A DNA stretch of 55,997 bases from the NCBI GenBank assembly GCA_042570605.1, contig JBHPGK010000003.1, forward strand, positions 1-55,997, given 5' to 3'. The notes beneath the pieces are model-generated. The model made no database searches. It had not been told where the DNA came from and saw nothing but the letters and a program-made list of their open reading frames with translations. Of this stretch, positions 47,749-55,997 are shown one piece after another. The translations under genes and the position numbers were made by a program. The stretch is from Candidatus Zhuqueibacterota bacterium (GTDB lineage Bacteria > SM23-31 > JBHPGK01). Within the stretch, counting starts at the first letter, position 1, and every line of letters begins with the position of its first letter.

Positions 47749-48720
47749 TTACTGCATCTCCTTTAATTGTTTGACCATTTCGGGAACTACTTCGAAAATG
47801 TCACCTACAATCCCGTAATCAGCAATCTTAAATATAGGAGCATCTGGATCTTTGTTAATTGCTACAATATATTTTGATGTCCGCATTCCTGCCAGGTGCT
47901 GTATGGCACCCGAAATCCCACAGGCTATGTATAATGTCGGGTTCACAACCTTCCCGGTTTGCCCTACCTGATGGCTGTGGTCGATCCAGTCGGCATCAAC
48001 TGCAGCCCTGGATGCACCTACTGCAGCACCAAAAAATGATGCAAGGTCTTCGAGCATTTTGAAGTTTTCCGGTCCTTTAATCCCTCTGCCGCCTGAAACA
48101 ATGATATCTGCTTCAGCTACATCAAGCACTTCCCCTGCTTCTTTCAGTATCTCTTTTACGGCAGTCCTGATATTTAATGCTGCCGAAGGAGTTGTCTCCA
48201 CTGCTTCAAAATCAGAAGATTTTGCTTGTTCAGGTTTGAAAATGTTCTGCCTGATGGTTACAAACTGGGGATTCATTTTTGGCTTTACAGTAATCAGTGC
48301 CTTGCCCGCAAAAACCGGTCTTTTAGCGATCAATGAACCGCCTTCCCATTTCAACTCGATTACATCCGGGACGAGGTCAGTATTTAGTTTTGCAGCCAGT
48401 CTTGGTGCGAGGTCTTTGCCCAGCCGTGTTGCACTCATTATTACTATTTCAGCATTTTCCGATTCAATTACTTCTTTTAAAACAGCTGCATATCCTTCGG
48501 TAGTATAATCTTTTAAGTTCTCGTTTGTGATATTATGTACTTTATTCACCCCGTAATCAGCCAGCAAATTGACCTGGTCTTTATCACAATTTATAACCGC
48601 AGCAGTAAGTTTCCCGCCGGTTTGTGCAGCAATATTTCTACCGGTAGAGGAGACTTCATAACTGCTTTTTGCTAATTTTCCTTCATTAGTTTCGCAATAT
48701 ATAAAAACATTCTGACTCAT
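47749..48720 (-). CDS. etfA: Electron transfer flavoprotein alpha subunit
   Basis: [45 protein letters not shown]. Confidence 0.96.
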   Translation of the reverse strand: MSQNVFIYCETNEGKLAKSSYEVSSTGRNIAAQTGGKLTAAVINCDKDQVNLLADYGVNKVHNITNENLKDYTTEGYAAVLKEVIESENAEIVIMSATRLGKDLAPRLAAKLNTDLVPDVIELKWEGGSLIAKRPVFAGKALITVKPKMNPQFVTIRQNIFKPEQAKSSDFEAVETTPSAALNIRTAVKEILKEAGEVLDVAEADIIVSGGRGIKGPENFKMLEDLASFFGAAVGASRAAVDADWIDHSHQVGQTGKVVNPTLYIACGISGAIQHLAGMRTSKYIVAINKDPDAPIFKIADYGIVGDIFEVVPEMVKQLKEMQ

Positions 48721-48737
48721 TTTATACCTCGATTGAT

Positions 48738-49484
48738 TTAGATTATTTTAGCTTCTTCTTTAAGTAATCTGAGCAGTTCGGAGACTGCTTCAGCACCTTC
48801 ACCGATAATTCGCCCTTCGGGTCTTTCAGGAGGATATTCGATCTTCAGAATTTCAATACCATTTTCCTCAAATGCAGGTTCTTTTGTATCAATTGTTATT
48901 TTTTTTGCCATCATCATTCCTTTTAAGGAAGGATATCTGGGTTCATTAAGTCCTTTTTCCGCAGTTACAATTGCAGGAAGTGAAGAATCGATAACTTCTC
49001 TTCCCTTCTGCAGTTCGCGTTCTACTGTTATTGAATTATCCTTAACTTCAAGTTTAACAATATGAGTGATAACAGGAATGTCAAGTAACTCTGAAACCAT
49101 TTGTCCTACAGCAGTACTGTCATCATCCACAGCCTGTTTTCCGAAAAATATCAGATCGTATCCGCCTTCTTTCAGTTCATCTGCGAGTGCCCTGGCGGTT
49201 GGAAATGGAGAAAGTATCCTGTCGCATTTTAGAAGAGTTGCTTTATCAGCACCCATTGCCAGACCTTTTCTTACTTCCGTTAAAGCTCTTTCAGGTCCAA
49301 TTGATATTATGGTGACTTCACCTCCAGCTGCCTCTTTAACTTTTAAAGCCTCTTCTATTGCATACTCGTCATACGGATTAATAATGAACTTCAGGTCGGA
49401 TTCATCGATCCAGTTGGTTTCAGGAACAATTTTGATCCTGGATTCCGTATCGGGAACACTTTTCATACATACTGCTATTTTCAA
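48738..49484 (-). CDS. etfB: Electron transfer flavoprotein beta subunit
   Basis: VCMKSVPDT, NPYDEYAIEEAL, LAMGAD, GKQAVDDD, NEPRYPS; TTG start with GGAGG RBS. Confidence 0.96.
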   Translation of the reverse strand: MKIAVCMKSVPDTESRIKIVPETNWIDESDLKFIINPYDEYAIEEALKVKEAAGGEVTIISIGPERALTEVRKGLAMGADKATLLKCDRILSPFPTARALADELKEGGYDLIFFGKQAVDDDSTAVGQMVSELLDIPVITHIVKLEVKDNSITVERELQKGREVIDSSLPAIVTAEKGLNEPRYPSLKGMMMAKKITIDTKEPAFEENGIEILKIEYPPERPEGRIIGEGAEAVSELLRLLKEEAKII

Positions 49485-49869
49485 TTTAACCTCCGTTAGT
49501 TTGTTTTCAGAAATCAGGCTAAAATTTAATATAATTACACGTAATTATCAAGTATTAATGCATACACTTGCGCAACTTTTAGATATAAAATTTATTAACT
49601 TTTGTTGTTTTTGTGCTGTGAAATCAATATTCAAAAAAAGTATTCTGAGATATTATTTTTACTGGGGTTGCGATAGAAGGTGAATTGTAAAAATTCGTTC
49701 TTCGTATTTAGGGGAAAAAGAAAAGCCCTCATTTGCACTCAGGCCAATAAAACTAAATTAATAATATCAGTCGTTTTGGAATTCATCTATCATTCTATCA
49801 TCTTTCATTCATTCAACTCGAAAAAAGCTTTTGGAATGATAGAAAATAGATGATAGAGTGAAAGTGGAC

Positions 49870-49908
49870 AAAAAAAGCTCTTATTGTAAAACCAACAAGA
49901 GCTTTTTT
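49870..49908 (-). terminator. Terminator after tRNA-Leu
   Basis: AAAAAAGCTCTT-loop-AAGAGCTTTTTT. Confidence 0.7.
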
Positions 49909-49910
49909 CG

Positions 49911-49995
49911 TGCCGGAGGCGGGACTTGAACCCGCACGCCCGGAAGGACCCTGCCCCCTCAAGACAGTGTGTCTACCAAATTCCACCACTCCGGC
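49911..49995 (-). tRNA. tRNA-Leu(GAG), CCA not encoded
   Basis: GCCGGAG acceptor stem, GGTAGAC D-loop, CTGTC-TTGAGGG-GGCAG anticodon arm, long variable arm, GGTTCAAGTCC; secG-tRNA-Leu(GAG) synteny. Confidence 0.96.
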
Positions 49996-50029
49996 AGTAT
50001 GGTTCAAAAAATATAAAAAATTTATGTAG

Positions 50030-50431
50030 CTACTTATTCTCTTCCTGAACAGGAGGTTTATCTTGTTCAGTGTTTTGAGCTGGAATTTGAGCAGCATTCT
50101 CTGTTGTTTTGGGAATACCCGGTAAAGATGCTGCCGGTGATGTTGCAGCTCTTCTATCTCTTTCCTGCTCTATTACACTTCTTGGGGCTGTTCTGCCTTG
50201 TGATCTGGAGTATAAACTCTGACCTATACAACTCAACATAAACAGCACTGCCAGGATAGTTGTCAGCTTGCTCAGAAATGTTGCCGTACCTCTGCTTCCG
50301 AAAACAGCGCCCATTCCGCCGGAACCTCCGAATGCACCGGCTAATCCGCCGCCTTTCGATGATTGAAGAAGGACTACAACCATCAACAGCACGCTTATCA
50401 AAATATGCAAAAATATTAGTAATGTTCCCAT
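50030..50431 (-). CDS. secG: Preprotein translocase subunit SecG
   Basis: VVLLQSSKGGGLAGAFGG..FGSRG..FLSKLT, two TM helices. Confidence 0.95.
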   Translation of the reverse strand: MGTLLIFLHILISVLLMVVVLLQSSKGGGLAGAFGGSGGMGAVFGSRGTATFLSKLTTILAVLFMLSCIGQSLYSRSQGRTAPRSVIEQERDRRAATSPAASLPGIPKTTENAAQIPAQNTEQDKPPVQEENK

Positions 50432-50462
50432 TAGTAAGTCCTCTATTAAAATTTCAAACTAT

Positions 50463-50492
50463 AATTTAAGGATATTTCAGCGATAATGTCAA
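50463..50492 (-). promoter_or_regulatory. Possible sigma-70 promoter for secG-tRNA
   Basis: TTGACA-N18-TAAATT on the minus strand. Confidence 0.4.
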
Positions 50493-50565
50493 GAAATTTA
50501 TACCTGCAGATTTTTGAAAATTCTCAAATATATTAATATCTCCGGTAAAAATAACAACAAAAAGC

Positions 50566-50594
50566 TTGATATGTGGCAATTAAGATATTATATT
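50566..50594 (+). promoter_or_regulatory. Possible sigma-70 promoter for the lipoprotein gene
   Basis: TTGATA-N17-TATATT. Confidence 0.4.
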
Positions 50595-50630
50595 CTATTT
50601 CGATATTGCCTATAATAACAGGGGGTTACA

Positions 50631-51056
50631 ATGAAAAAAATATTTCTGACATTTTTGTCTTTTACAATTATATTTTCTTCCTGTAAAAAGAATTCTACAG
50701 ATAATGATACAATAAAAGATGAGATCACTGTGCAGATATATGTTGAAAAAGCAGGCGCTCCATTATTTAATGCATATTGTGAAGTTACCTGTACAATAAA
50801 TGAGCCTGTTTCCGATACTTATAATCTCGGTAATACCAGACCCAATCCGATTTCCGATACCAATACGATCCAGACCGGTAATGACGGTGTGGCATCGATA
50901 AAATATGTAAACCGAAAACTTATTGGGCAGGATGTAATCCTGTTGACTGCTGTCGAGGTCAGGCATGCAACTTATGGTGTTATGAAAACGGTAGAAGACC
51001 TGGAGATTTCAATTGCTACGAATACTTCGTATACATATAATGTCATATTAGAGTAA
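50631..51056 (+). CDS. Small lipoprotein, beta-sandwich type
   Basis: Lipobox FSS-C; VQIYV..A.C.V..TGNDGVASI loosely resembles the 5302/5724 domain. Confidence 0.7.
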   Translation: MKKIFLTFLSFTIIFSSCKKNSTDNDTIKDEITVQIYVEKAGAPLFNAYCEVTCTINEPVSDTYNLGNTRPNPISDTNTIQTGNDGVASIKYVNRKLIGQDVILLTAVEVRHATYGVMKTVEDLEISIATNTSYTYNVILE

Positions 51057-51066
51057 AGTATGGTAT

Positions 51067-52926
51067 CTACTGAAGTTTTTTTATCCTTTCGAGAGTTACT
51101 TCTGCAATATCCATAATCCTTGATTTTTCAGCCATATCTTTATCACCTGCAGCATCTTTAAGCATTGTCAGGCAGTATGGACATCCGGATATAATATTAC
51201 CGGATTTTTCAATCAGTCCGTCGAACCTGATATGATTGATTTTATCCCCATCGGGCTCTTCAAGGAAAAGCCTTCCTCCTCCGCCTCCGCAGCAGAAAGA
51301 CCTGTTACCGCTGTCAGCAGGTTCTAACAGCCCGGCATTTATAGATTTCATGAGGTTTCTCGGAGCTTCTGTGATACCGTTATATTTTGAAAGGTAGCAA
51401 GGATCATGGTATACATACTTCTCGTCATTCTCTTTTGGGAAATTGAGATTTTCCGAATTGATCAATTTATTTAGAAATTCAGAATGATGTATGACTTCAA
51501 GGCTCAGGTTATAATCTTTATAATCATTGTTAAGCGTATGAAAACAATGAGGACAGGCAGTAATAATTCTTGTGATACCCCGTTCCTTGATCGTATTTGA
51601 ATTATGTTCCGCAACCATCTGGAAAAGCATTTCGTTTCCAAGTCTTCTGACAGGATCACCGCAGCAGAATTCATTTTCAAGTATCCCGAAGCTGACGTTG
51701 AATCTTCTCAAAATTTCAATAAAAGCCATAATGGATTTCTGATAATTCTGGTCAAAAGTGCCAAAACATCCAATAAAAAGAAGATAGTCCGAATCTTCTG
51801 AAAAGAAAGGAAGTTTGTGTTTGGTAATAAATTCTTCCCTTAAATGGAATCCATAATTCCAGGGATTGGAATTCTTTTCCATTCCGTTAAAAACCGCGTT
51901 GGATTCCGAAGGAAAATTTGATTCTGCAACCTGGTATCTCCTAAGACCTATTATTTTTGGGAGATGTTCGTTCCCTGTAGGACAGACCATCTCACAACTC
52001 CCGCAGGTTGTACACTGCCAGATCACCTTGTTATCAATAAATTTTCCGATAACAGGTTCTTCATCCTTACTTTTAATTAAAGCATCCTTACTGCTGCAGA
52101 TGATCTCTCTTGGATTAAGGTCTTTTCCGCTGAAATTAGCCGGGCATACCTCTGTACACCTTCCGCAGAGAATACATGAAAAACCGTCGAGGTTATCTTT
52201 CCATGTGAAATCTTTTGCGGTATTTATCCCGAAATCCTCTTTATCCAGGTCTTCAAGATCAAGTGCTCTGATCTGACCTAAACGAAAAGATTTGAAGAAA
52301 ATGTTTATAGGGGCTGCCAGAAGATGTCTGTGTTTTGAAAACAAAAAATAGTCCATAAACAGAAGGAATACTGCGGTGTGTGACCACCATGCAATTTTCT
52401 CAAATTGCGGATCACCTATTTCCTGCATTAAGTATGTTATCATATGTAATGATACAAATGACAGAATGATCAATGATTCGGTTGGCGGGTAATTGAAAAA
52501 TTTGGGTTTTACAAATAATCTTCGTGCTGCGAAATATAAAACACTTGCCAGTACAGAAACAGACGCTATTTTAACTATAAGATAATAGTAATAATGAAAA
52601 GATCCAGTGCCCAGGATTGGACTGCCGAATGCTGCAGAGAAATGATCAACTGTTACAAGAAGGTAAAGAATAAATGTAAAATATATGATAAAATGAGCAA
52701 TCCCTGAAAAGGGACGTTCATAAATTACCTTACTTTGAAAAACCACCTGAGTGAAAGCTCTAATAGATCTTTTGAGTAAACTGTTAAACCTGTTTTCAGG
52801 CTGCCCTGAAAAAATATATTTGGCTTTTCTGAAAATAGCGTAAATAAAGACCGAAAAAGCGAGAAAAGTAACAACAGTTAAAATAATTTTCTCAATTTCC
52901 GTAAAATTCATATTTTCACCCTTCAT
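51067..52926 (-). CDS. Membrane Fe-S oxidoreductase (FadF/HdrF-like: TM domain, 2x[4Fe-4S], two CCG domains)
   Basis: N-terminal TM helices with His; CILCGRCTEVCP, CTTCGSCEMVCP; CCGD, TACPHC, YHDPCY, CCGGGGG, GCPYC; alternative start 52911. Confidence 0.9.
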   Translation of the reverse strand: MKGENMNFTEIEKIILTVVTFLAFSVFIYAIFRKAKYIFSGQPENRFNSLLKRSIRAFTQVVFQSKVIYERPFSGIAHFIIYFTFILYLLVTVDHFSAAFGSPILGTGSFHYYYYLIVKIASVSVLASVLYFAARRLFVKPKFFNYPPTESLIILSFVSLHMITYLMQEIGDPQFEKIAWWSHTAVFLLFMDYFLFSKHRHLLAAPINIFFKSFRLGQIRALDLEDLDKEDFGINTAKDFTWKDNLDGFSCILCGRCTEVCPANFSGKDLNPREIICSSKDALIKSKDEEPVIGKFIDNKVIWQCTTCGSCEMVCPTGNEHLPKIIGLRRYQVAESNFPSESNAVFNGMEKNSNPWNYGFHLREEFITKHKLPFFSEDSDYLLFIGCFGTFDQNYQKSIMAFIEILRRFNVSFGILENEFCCGDPVRRLGNEMLFQMVAEHNSNTIKERGITRIITACPHCFHTLNNDYKDYNLSLEVIHHSEFLNKLINSENLNFPKENDEKYVYHDPCYLSKYNGITEAPRNLMKSINAGLLEPADSGNRSFCCGGGGGRLFLEEPDGDKINHIRFDGLIEKSGNIISGCPYCLTMLKDAAGDKDMAEKSRIMDIAEVTLERIKKLQ

Positions 52927-55744
52927 TTAGTTTCTGTTCAAAAAGCAAACTCCATTCAAACGAATTTTTTGTAACCTTAAAAGTAATTTGAATAGTATTT
53001 TCATCAATCTGGAAAACTTCATGCTCAAATTCTGATTGACATTTTACGAAGGATAAGCCCTCCGGTATATAAACAGTAACTGAATAATCATCACTTATCA
53101 CCAGATTTTCTGATTCAGCGTTCAAGACCATTACTTCGCTGTTCCAGGAAACTCTTTTCAGATCAACTGCGCCCTGCGTAATGTGTCTTGATGTCGAGAC
53201 TATCTGAGGGATATCAAGTTTCCTTTTTATAGAAAGCACTTTGCAGGAATTTGGATTCAAGGAAATATTCAGAGTATCCCGGATCTCACCCATAAAATTA
53301 TTATTCCAGAAATCGTAAGCCAGATAGGACTCCCAGTATGGTATTTTCAGGTCAGACCATAAAAAGCTGTATCTTGACACTTCATCTTTCCAGTTGAAAA
53401 TACCAACAATATATGTGGTCTGATCATCTTTCTCATAAGATAATTGATATATCTCAGGCGGGAAATTATGGACGGTTTCATATAATCCTCCCGAACCGCC
53501 TCCGTCATAAACTCTTATTGCCAGAATATTGTCCTCTTCCCAGTTCAGATCGTTTTGGTAAGCCGAATATGTTCTGTATTTTGCATATTCCGAGCGGTAA
53601 TCAGGCGGGAATTCCCCGGTTTTTCCAATTAATTTCCCGTTTAAATACACCTCATCTGCATCGTCAATTTTCCCAATCTGAATCTTCAGATCCTGCGGCG
53701 TTATATCTTCTGTTGAAAAATGCGCCCTGTACCATGCATAACCGTCATAATCTTCATAACCTGCATTTTCCCAGTTTAACGGAATGTCTATAATATCCCA
53801 GTCCATCTCATTTACAGAGGTATTTTTCCATTCTGGATCGTCGCCTGTTTTAAAGAACCATTTATTCGGAAGCTCAATATCAAAAGTCTTTTCACCATAA
53901 AGAGGTGTTATACCCTGTTTTATCCCTGGTTTCAGATCAAACATATCTACGGGAGTGAATGGTTTATTATAGACAGGCAGAGTTTTTTTAAGGATATCGA
54001 TTTTTTCATGATTTAATTCCGTAAGGTTATCCCCGAAAAGATTCATACTTCCGGAAAGTGCCACAAATGAAGCCCATGCTGTGGCTTCAACAAAATTCAG
54101 AGGTTCTCTGATCACCACACAGTCCGGATCATTATTCCAGAGGTTCTGATGTAAATATGACCTGTTTGCGGCAGACTCAGCACACGGGATTATCCCTTCC
54201 CAGGATGATAGAACATCTGTCCCGATCCTCATTCCATCTACAAATCCAATGGACGGAAAAAGAGGTGCTCCGCATCCCAGAATAAACTTTTCCGAACCAA
54301 CCCCTTCTCTTATAGCCCTTAAACCTGTCCTGTAAGCTTCGATCGGTGTAACATTTTCATAAAACTTTTTACCCAGCGTCACAAAATAGAGGAAATCTAT
54401 TTTTACGTAATCGTAGTTCCAGATATTTGCGATCCTTGAAAACAGTACAACCAGCCATTCATAAACTTCCGGATTTGTTGGGTCCAGAATGTATATGTTG
54501 CCTCCCCAGCTCTGGTTGTTAAACACGACTATATTTTCACCATTTTCGTCTTTCAGCAGCCATTCCGGCCGGTTAAAAAAAATCGGAGATCTTTCCGACA
54601 CTGCAAATGGAGCCACCCAGAGTCCGGCTTTTAAGCCGGCATTATGTATTTGATTAACAAGCCAGCGGTGCCCGTCAGGGAATTTTTCATTTGTCTCCCA
54701 GTCACCGGCTGATACCTGATATCCGTCATCGATCTGAATATATTCAAGCCCGTATTCCTTGAAAACATCATTAGCAAAGTTCAGGTTATTTATAATATCG
54801 GCCTGGGTTACATTTGTATAGTAATAGTACCAGGAACACCAACCCGAAGGAATTGAAGTAATATCTATATTGGATTTAATAAAATTGTAATCTCTGATAT
54901 TCATCTCATTTGACAGGGTATTTGCGTATTTTGTGAAATCCTGCAGGGACCGGTATATGTCTTCTCCCCCTACTATTACCAGTTTATCTCCTGCCAATTC
55001 ATCACCGGGATATAAAACTTTTTTATAAAAATCACAAGTAGATCTGAACTGAATAATTTCTTCATTCAGATTAAATTTAAATTTGTTCGTAGAGACAGTA
55101 TTGGTCAGAAATCCAAAAATCTTGAAAAAATTTTCTCTTTTTGAATAAAATGCCGTCAGCCAGTAACTTTCATTACCAAAAGCAGAACTTAAGTCTTGTA
55201 CTTCAGATCTGCCCCATGATTGAAAACCGTTTATCAGTATCTTTGCATCTTCCCTGTAATCACTGAAAATCCCTGAGAAATCATCTTTAACGTCAATCAG
55301 GTCAGCTTCTTTCAAAGTTAGCGTGTCAGCGGAAGTGTTTCTCAATGTTAGACCGATCGCCAGATAAGGGATATTATCATATAGAGTGATAAGAGCAGTT
55401 ACTTCAAATCTGTTTGTTCTTTCAGCAAAGGTGATCTTGATGCTTTCACCTCTTCCCAGCGCATCATTTGTCACGATTTTACTGAGAGAAGGGCGAAATG
55501 AGGGGGAATTCAATTGATATTTAATACTGTCAATGGTAATTGAAAAAGCAGCATTGTTGAATATCGATTTCCAGGAGTTCCCCTTTTTTTCGTATAAGTT
55601 CCATACTTTACTGTTCAGATTATATTCAATACTGTAAAAATTGTTTGATAAAGGTTCAAATTGCGCTGATGAGGTTGATACAATTATTCCGATTATAAGT
55701 AAACAAAGTAATTTCCGTATTATTTCAAAATCCTTAAATTTCAA
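52916..55744 (-). CDS. Secreted GH36 alpha-galactosidase-like enzyme with an inserted jelly-roll domain
   Basis: GWCSWY, IQIDDGYQ, GLWVAPF, YVKIDF, MRIGTD, NDPDC; signal peptide; TTG 55744 overlapping the upstream stop is preferred to ATG 55774. Confidence 0.85.
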   Translation of the reverse strand: MKFKDFEIIRKLLCLLIIGIIVSTSSAQFEPLSNNFYSIEYNLNSKVWNLYEKKGNSWKSIFNNAAFSITIDSIKYQLNSPSFRPSLSKIVTNDALGRGESIKITFAERTNRFEVTALITLYDNIPYLAIGLTLRNTSADTLTLKEADLIDVKDDFSGIFSDYREDAKILINGFQSWGRSEVQDLSSAFGNESYWLTAFYSKRENFFKIFGFLTNTVSTNKFKFNLNEEIIQFRSTCDFYKKVLYPGDELAGDKLVIVGGEDIYRSLQDFTKYANTLSNEMNIRDYNFIKSNIDITSIPSGWCSWYYYYTNVTQADIINNLNFANDVFKEYGLEYIQIDDGYQVSAGDWETNEKFPDGHRWLVNQIHNAGLKAGLWVAPFAVSERSPIFFNRPEWLLKDENGENIVVFNNQSWGGNIYILDPTNPEVYEWLVVLFSRIANIWNYDYVKIDFLYFVTLGKKFYENVTPIEAYRTGLRAIREGVGSEKFILGCGAPLFPSIGFVDGMRIGTDVLSSWEGIIPCAESAANRSYLHQNLWNNDPDCVVIREPLNFVEATAWASFVALSGSMNLFGDNLTELNHEKIDILKKTLPVYNKPFTPVDMFDLKPGIKQGITPLYGEKTFDIELPNKWFFKTGDDPEWKNTSVNEMDWDIIDIPLNWENAGYEDYDGYAWYRAHFSTEDITPQDLKIQIGKIDDADEVYLNGKLIGKTGEFPPDYRSEYAKYRTYSAYQNDLNWEEDNILAIRVYDGGGSGGLYETVHNFPPEIYQLSYEKDDQTTYIVGIFNWKDEVSRYSFLWSDLKIPYWESYLAYDFWNNNFMGEIRDTLNISLNPNSCKVLSIKRKLDIPQIVSTSRHITQGAVDLKRVSWNSEVMVLNAESENLVISDDYSVTVYIPEGLSFVKCQSEFEHEVFQIDENTIQITFKVTKNSFEWSLLFEQKLNEG

Positions 55745-55997
55745 AGCAATCCCCACCTTTTTCTTAAAAACCATTCCAATGACAGGAAAAATACGATTAT
55801 AAATAAAACGGTAATACTTCTTTTAATTGAGAAGGTGTTCTCTTCCACTTCTTCAAATTTTTCTATCGCTATATCAGGCAGCTGCTTATCAAAATCTGAA
55901 ATATGAATATATTTCCCACCGGTTAAGCCGGACAATCTTGAAAGAAGTATGTTGTTCATGATCAAATTCTGGTATTCGATATTTAACCTATTAATAT
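55741..55997 (-). CDS. C-terminal fragment of a membrane-anchored protein (VWA/GATase-type C-terminus), truncated by the window edge
   Basis: LSGLTGGKY..TM helix..LEWFLRKRWGLL terminal motif. Confidence 0.65.
   Translation of the reverse strand, partial: INRLNIEYQNLIMNNILLSRLSGLTGGKYIHISDFDKQLPDIAIEKFEEVEENTFSIKRSITVLFIIVFFLSLEWFLRKRWGLL

Noticed and set aside
49783-49860. Imperfect TCTATCA/TGATAGA inverted repeat downstream of the tRNA terminator
   Set aside because: Low-complexity, AT-rich and single; not enough support for a functional call.
49911-49995. tRNA-Leu as an integration site for an island or prophage
   Set aside because: No duplicated tRNA 3' end and no integrase seen; the neighbours are housekeeping genes.
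49813-50097. 94-aa ORF
   Set aside because: Overlaps tRNA-Leu and the secG 3' end.

Overview
AT-rich bacterial chromosomal segment from a diderm (LPS-making) organism. GWxTD proteins, a carboxypeptidase-regulatory-domain TonB-dependent receptor and acidic Ig-like lipoproteins suggest the FCB superphylum (e.g. KSB1/Calditrichota-like); this is inference only. Envelope genes: a GT-C/TPR glycosyltransferase, two GWxTD paralogues, lipoproteins with a TonB-dependent receptor, a pair of large acidic lipoproteins, LPS/lipid A genes (lpxL, waaF-like, lpxB, lpxK), an ECF sigma/anti-sigma/RseB triad, an orphan flagellin with a sigma-28 promoter, and an atypical murJ-murG(HEAT)-mraY-murF-mpl operon. Metabolic and housekeeping genes: tsaC, lat, a FadL/GDSL/OmpA operon, an ATP-grasp ligase, a duplicated Na/Pi cotransporter-phoU pair, nitroreductase, etfBA, secG with tRNA-Leu(GAG), a FadF-like Fe-S oxidoreductase and a GH36 enzyme. 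Two candidates for an undescribed system stand out. (1) A small GIY-YIG nuclease gene sits inside a hierarchical array of ATTCCC-N8/9-GGGAAT (dRS3/REP-like) palindromes. The same palindromes recur, with compensatory changes and nested insertions, in other intergenic regions, which resembles a RAYT/REPIN-type system but with a GIY-YIG enzyme. (2) A compact operon encodes the whole route from recycled tripeptide to flipped lipid II (Mpl, MurF, MraY, MurG, MurJ) without MurC/D/E or division genes, and its MurG carries a C-terminal HEAT-repeat domain. All calls come from reading motifs by eye; no database searches were run.
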